Assembly (NCBI GenBank): GCA_050179755.1
Contig: JBFXEV010000001.1
Location: 681,994 to 745,993 of the forward strand
Origin: Candidatus Babeliales bacterium
GTDB taxonomy: Bacteria > Babelota > Babeliae > Babelales > JBFXEV01
Reading direction: 5' to 3'
Length of the DNA stretch: 64,000 nucleotides
Shown: piece after piece, positions 59,246 to 64,000 of the stretch
Position numbering within the stretch: position 1 is the stretch's first letter
How the letters are laid out: every line of letters begins with the position of its first letter
The notes under the pieces: model-generated
The model's input: the letters and a program-made list of their open reading frames with translations, nothing else
Database searches by the model: none
What the model was told of the DNA's origin: nothing
Program-made: the position numbers and the translations under genes

Positions 59246-60523
59246 ATGAATACCAACAGAATTGTTCTCTTCTTGTCTCTTGTTTCATCACTCTCTGTCG
59301 TTACGATGGATCAAAGCACATACACCCAAAGCTTAACTTCAGACACCAAATTATTACAGGCAATTTGCCAAGGCCCAAAACCAGAAGATCATATTTTTTG
59401 TGAAGCACGTGTTATAAAAGTAAGCGAAGAAAATTCTTTTGATGCAACCGTTATGCCTCCAAGCGAAGATACTATGAATATGTCTATCATGGAATTTGGA
59501 GGAAAATGTCTAGAACCTGCTTTTGAAGCAACATCAACTGCCATTACATTTAAAACCCATCCCGTGTTGCAAAGTTTAAAACGAGCAGGCACTCTCGCTT
59601 TAATATGCGTACACGGTACCTATTCAAAAGATATGGGATTTGGGGATAAGATTGAAAGAAAATCCACGCATGCGATAATAGACTTGGCTCATACTTTAGG
59701 TATTTCATATAATAAATCTGTAGAAATTATTTCATTTGCATGGTCTGGCATATTAGATATCAAGGCGCGAAAAGAAGCAGGTAAGCAACTTGCTGATTTT
59801 TTAATAGAAAAGAAAAAAGCATACGATCTTGTTTGGACTATTGCACATTCACATGGTTGTAACGTAGTTAATTGGGCAGGGCTTGATATGTTAAAAGACG
59901 GGCATCAAGTGCCCATAGATACTGCAATTCATCTGGCATCACCCACGCCTGATTTTGAAGTTGATAAAGGCGCATTGGCAGAAATTAAGCATCCTGAGTG
60001 TGCATTTAATATGAAAAAAATATTCAATTTTTTTGGATCAAATGATTGTGCGCAAGTTTTTGGTTCATTGCAATCAGCTTGGACGAGTGGTAGAAAAACA
60101 AGGCCAGGAACACAATCAGAATGTATAGCATATAACGTGCGCACACAACTTAATGGTAGTCAGCTTAACCATTCAACTATTAAAACAGTTATTAAACATT
60201 TGCCAGGATTGCTTCATGCTGCTGAGACGCATTACTCTTGTTTTTTTGATCTTGATGCAAATTTAGTTGAACAAGCAGATGGCACTCCCTGCTATCCTAT
60301 GGTTGCGATCCGAAAACAAAGCAATGATCCACATCATCCATTACTTCGTGATAATTATCGGCGTGCGCGTGCATATTCAGAATATCAAAGCAAGCTCTAT
60401 AAAGATGCATATGGTGTAAACATACAAGATAAAGCTTCACTTGCATGGCGTGTTGTTGTGGCTCCTATTCAAGAATGGTGGTGCAGGGCAGGTCACGACA
60501 AACTCGATTCGAAAAATGAATAA
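59246..60523 (+). CDS. Secreted alpha/beta-hydrolase (lipase-like)
   Basis: Signal ending VVT-MDQ; CVHGT, FAWSG, AHSHG nucleophile elbow, LASP. Confidence 0.75.
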   Translation: MNTNRIVLFLSLVSSLSVVTMDQSTYTQSLTSDTKLLQAICQGPKPEDHIFCEARVIKVSEENSFDATVMPPSEDTMNMSIMEFGGKCLEPAFEATSTAITFKTHPVLQSLKRAGTLALICVHGTYSKDMGFGDKIERKSTHAIIDLAHTLGISYNKSVEIISFAWSGILDIKARKEAGKQLADFLIEKKKAYDLVWTIAHSHGCNVVNWAGLDMLKDGHQVPIDTAIHLASPTPDFEVDKGALAEIKHPECAFNMKKIFNFFGSNDCAQVFGSLQSAWTSGRKTRPGTQSECIAYNVRTQLNGSQLNHSTIKTVIKHLPGLLHAAETHYSCFFDLDANLVEQADGTPCYPMVAIRKQSNDPHHPLLRDNYRRARAYSEYQSKLYKDAYGVNIQDKASLAWRVVVAPIQEWWCRAGHDKLDSKNE

Positions 60524-60530
60524 ACCCCGT

Positions 60531-60582
60531 CCCTCGATACATTCTACTTCGCTAAAGCTTCGTTGAACACTCGGGATGAGCG
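60531..60582 (+). repeat. REP-like palindromic repeat, copy 3
   Basis: CCCTCGATAC-[inner hairpin]-CACTCGGGATGAGCG, followed by another hairpin (ATCCCGA..TCGGGAT). Confidence 0.75.
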
Positions 60583-60652
60583 CTTCATATGGAGAGTTCA
60601 TATCCCGAAGAGCCTTTTGAGGGGCCCCTCGGGATGGTGTTTCATTGTTTCA

Positions 60653-61234
60653 TTATTGAGTTATTGGTGCGGATGTGGGTGTTGCTTGTGCGACAGTTGT
60701 TTTGGCATGTTTAGGTTTAAGCGTTTTCAGCTTTTCACCCATTACAATTGATGCCTCTGCAAGTCGCGTTTCGTCAATCACTAAACCACATTGAGTTGGT
60801 TTGCCATCAACTGGTTTTTCACCTTTTTTGAGTACTGGCAATCCACATAAAGCATTTTTGCTTTTAGGTAGACGGCCCACATAATCAAGCGCATTTCCAG
60901 AATATGCTTTGAGTGTTACAGGTAATTCGAGTTTTAACCCTTCACCATGTTCACATACTAAGACGTTGCGTTCTGGATCAAACGTGTAAATTGAATTACT
61001 TATTGCTTTATATGGCTTTACCGTGTGCTGTGCTGTAACTAATTTGTGTGGTGCAAGTTTAGTAGTTTTAGCTTGAGCATTTTCCACAGTAGCGCGCGGT
61101 TTTGCAACTCGTTTAGGTTTTGCTGCTTGATAGTGAGCAGCAGAAGCTTTGCGAGCAACCCAGAACGGCGCCTGAGTGGTTACAAACGCGGCAATAACTG
61201 CCATATAATAGATTACTAGTTTTCTGTTATTCAT
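60653..61234 (-). CDS. Hypothetical basic exported protein
   Basis: N-terminal hydrophobic segment; Lys/Ala-rich. Confidence 0.55.
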   Translation of the reverse strand: MNNRKLVIYYMAVIAAFVTTQAPFWVARKASAAHYQAAKPKRVAKPRATVENAQAKTTKLAPHKLVTAQHTVKPYKAISNSIYTFDPERNVLVCEHGEGLKLELPVTLKAYSGNALDYVGRLPKSKNALCGLPVLKKGEKPVDGKPTQCGLVIDETRLAEASIVMGEKLKTLKPKHAKTTVAQATPTSAPITQ

Positions 61235-61544
61235 ATTAATTCCTTAATTCATATATAAACCCAAGGGTTTATAGTTAATTACTATTCAAATGTAATGGTA
61301 ATTCACCTAGAACTACCCTTACATAACTAATTATACAAGTGGAAATGTTTTAAATGCAATATATTTTTAAATTTTACACACAGAAATAGCTGCCAGAGCG
61401 CATTTTACTCTTTTTTTAGACAAAGAAATGGGATATAAAGCATTTTTAGGGCGTTGCAAGCTGAAGTCCTTGTGTTTAGATACTAGGTTGTGCATACTAA
61501 CTTGCAAGAATATAGAGATTAGATGCACCGTCATAAGGATTATT

Positions 61545-63641
61545 ATGCAGATTAAAAAGTACCTTAAAGTGTTAGTAGTGGCTTCTATTATAGGTTGTGG
61601 TAGGGCAAAGGAAACTATAGAATCAAGTTTAAGACCAGAAGTATTATATGGTTATACTACAAGCCGCGATGCGCTCTATGCTTTTTTTCCTCAAAATGTA
61701 GCACAGCTTAATAATCGTGTGTATAAGATACTCCATGAAGCGCAATCAGGCATTGATGCTATCGTTGCTACTCCTGATAATGAACGCACGTTTGAAAATA
61801 CTGCGCGTGCGCTTGATACGGTGGTTGGTCATTTTCTCTTGCAATCTGCAGGTATTGCAACGCTTATGTATGTGAGCCCCAATGATGTGTTGCGTACTGC
61901 TGCAGAACGAGCTGACGTTAAATTGAGCCATGCAGGGATCGATCTTTTTGGACAAAATAAAAAGTTGTATCAAGCGTTTAAAGCATATTATGAGGGCGCT
62001 TATAAAACTGAGCAGTTAACAGCATCAGAACGTTATCTTGTTGAGGAAACTATGGATGATTTTAAACGTAGTGGTTTAGATTTGCCTGAAGATAAGCGCC
62101 AAGAAGTTATCAAATTAGAAAAAGAGCTGAGTGAACTCACCACCAGGTTTCAAAAAAATATTAACACTGATACAAGTTTTTTTACGGCAACACAAGAAGA
62201 GCTTGATGGTGTTGAGCAAAGTGTTATAGATAATTTACAAAAAACTGATGATGGCAACTATAAAGTTGGTGTAGACTATCCTACCTATTTTGGCGTGATG
62301 CGTTATGCAACCAATCCTGAAACGCGTAAACGAATGTATCAGGCTATATTTAATAAAGCATATCCTGCTAACGTGCATCTTCTTCATGAGATTATTGCAA
62401 AGCGTGATCAACTTGCTCAGTTACTTGGCTATCCAAGCTATGCCCATTTAAATATTGATAGTCAAATGGCAAAAACGCCAGAAGCTGCCCAAAAGTTTGT
62501 CTGTTCAGTTATTACCAAAGCGCAACAAAAAGCAGATCGTGAAATGGCCATTTTAAGGGCTGATCTTGCACCATCGGTTACGTTAAGTCCTGATGGCAAA
62601 ATGTATGCATGGGATGGTGCATTTGCGCGTGCATGGTATAAGAAGAAGCATTATAATCTAGATGAACGCGAAGTGAGTGAATACTTTCCTATGGAGCAAA
62701 CAATTGATCGTTTGCTTAAAATTTATGAGCAGTTTTTTGATATTACTATGCACCAAGAGCCGCTAAAAAGCTTATGGGTTGATGATTTAATTTTGATTAC
62801 CGTGCGTAATAATAAAGATAATCAATTACTTGGGTATTTAATTTTGGATTTACATCCACGCGCTAACAAATATTCTCATGCATGCCATATAGGCATTTGC
62901 CCGGCGTTGCAAAAACCTGATGGCACACGAGTTCCTGCACTTTCTGTAGTTATTGCCAATTTTCCTAAATCCACAAAGGAAAAACCATCATTGCTTACGC
63001 GTAGTGATGTGAGCACGTTTTTCCATGAGTTTGGGCACGGCATGCATGCTATTTTGGGTGCAACGCCGCTTGCAACACAGTCTGGCACCAATGTAAAACG
63101 AGACTTTGTAGAAATGCCATCACAAATGCTTGAAGAATGGTTATTTGATAAAGAGATTCTCAAGCAAGTTTCAAGCCACTATAAAACAGGTCAATCACTC
63201 CCTGATAATGTTATTGATATTATTATTGCAATGAAGAATTTTGATGCAGGTTCGCATTTAATTGGTCAAGCAAATGCAGCACTCTTTGCACTCAAATGCT
63301 TTTGCCCTGGTGGTTGTAAAGATACTGATGCGCTTGAGCGTGAATTGCATGCGTTTACCCACAAGCATACGGTGCATGATCCCGATTCGCATCATCAAGC
63401 GTCTTTTGGGCATTTGACAGGCTATGGTGCGCGTTATTATGGGTATTTATGGTCGCAAGTCTATGCGCTTGATTTATTTAACCATATTAAGAAATTTGGT
63501 TTAACAAATCCTCAAATAGGCACCGTGTATGCTCAGAAAGTGCTTGGCAAAGGGGGATCTGCTGATCCTATGGAATTATTGATAGACTTTTTAGGGCGTG
63601 AGCCAAATGAAAATGCATTTATGCAAAGCATGGGTCTTTAA
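61545..63641 (+). CDS. M3A Zn-dependent oligopeptidase, probable lipoprotein
   Basis: FFHEFGHGMH, DFVEMPSQMLEEW, YYGYLWS; start MQIKK with lipobox-like IIGC (ORF track starts at 61428). Confidence 0.9.
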   Translation: MQIKKYLKVLVVASIIGCGRAKETIESSLRPEVLYGYTTSRDALYAFFPQNVAQLNNRVYKILHEAQSGIDAIVATPDNERTFENTARALDTVVGHFLLQSAGIATLMYVSPNDVLRTAAERADVKLSHAGIDLFGQNKKLYQAFKAYYEGAYKTEQLTASERYLVEETMDDFKRSGLDLPEDKRQEVIKLEKELSELTTRFQKNINTDTSFFTATQEELDGVEQSVIDNLQKTDDGNYKVGVDYPTYFGVMRYATNPETRKRMYQAIFNKAYPANVHLLHEIIAKRDQLAQLLGYPSYAHLNIDSQMAKTPEAAQKFVCSVITKAQQKADREMAILRADLAPSVTLSPDGKMYAWDGAFARAWYKKKHYNLDEREVSEYFPMEQTIDRLLKIYEQFFDITMHQEPLKSLWVDDLILITVRNNKDNQLLGYLILDLHPRANKYSHACHIGICPALQKPDGTRVPALSVVIANFPKSTKEKPSLLTRSDVSTFFHEFGHGMHAILGATPLATQSGTNVKRDFVEMPSQMLEEWLFDKEILKQVSSHYKTGQSLPDNVIDIIIAMKNFDAGSHLIGQANAALFALKCFCPGGCKDTDALERELHAFTHKHTVHDPDSHHQASFGHLTGYGARYYGYLWSQVYALDLFNHIKKFGLTNPQIGTVYAQKVLGKGGSADPMELLIDFLGREPNENAFMQSMGL

Positions 63642-63644
63642 TCT

Positions 63645-64000
63645 ATGAATCGAGAAACATTATACGCTTTTACACAAAACCGCGAGCGCGTGCTGGGTTT
63701 ATTCCCCACAAGTGTTGCTGAAATTTCCGCGCGTTCAACTGCCTTGATACAAACTACTCAAGAGGCGGTGAATGCGCTTATTGCCATTCAAAATACAGAA
63801 CGTACATTTGAAAATACTGCGCTCGCATTAGATACCATTAAGAGTAATTTTTCATGTGGAAAAACTGGCATTGAAGTGCTTGTATATGTAAGTCCGGATA
63901 CCCAGCTGAGAGCTGCTGCGCGTGATGCAGTGGTGGCGCTCCAGGATGCGGCAATTGATCTTATTTTTATGAATAAAAAACTCTTTGATGTGTTTAAGGT
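63645..64000 (+). CDS. Second M3 oligopeptidase paralog, 5' part (runs off the window)
   Basis: Manual translation MNRETLYAF..ERTFENTALALD..YVSP matches the upstream gene; no signal peptide. Confidence 0.8.
   Translation, partial: MNRETLYAFTQNRERVLGLFPTSVAEISARSTALIQTTQEAVNALIAIQNTERTFENTALALDTIKSNFSCGKTGIEVLVYVSPDTQLRAAARDAVVALQDAAIDLIFMNKKLFDVFK

Noticed and set aside
60563..60751. 62-aa Cys-rich ORF
   Set aside because: It starts within a repeat and overlaps the opposite-strand gene; the Cys codons come from antisense reading.

Overview
AT-rich bacterial chromosomal window. The gene content (many Sec-signal proteins, ankyrin and WD40 proteins, eukaryote-like domains) suggests a protist-infecting intracellular bacterium such as Candidatus Dependentiae/Babelota; this is an inference, since no rRNA or marker phylogeny is available here. 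Recognisable housekeeping and stress genes are leuS, uvrB, dps, galU, a transaldolase, an RNase HII, separate LigD ligase and polymerase genes, a D-Ala-D-Ala dipeptidase, an lnt-like gene, ParA, a RelE-type TA pair, an ABC-2 exporter and two M3 peptidases. The most notable accessory signals are: (1) two secreted Skp1-like/F-box-like/WD40 fusions; (2) a Met placed right after the predicted signal-peptide cleavage site in about ten effector-like proteins; (3) a polymorphic toxin with an unrecognised carrier, an Ntox35-like tip and a triplicated immunity domain; (4) a secreted clan-CD-protease-like protein; (5) an archaeal/eukaryotic-type RNase HII lacking its ribonucleotide-sensing residues; (6) an array of two interleaved secreted paralog families with duplicated promoters; (7) a ~195-bp non-coding repeat with compensatory base changes. 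No rRNA, tRNA, CRISPR array or transposase was seen. All family calls come from motif recognition by eye, not database searches.
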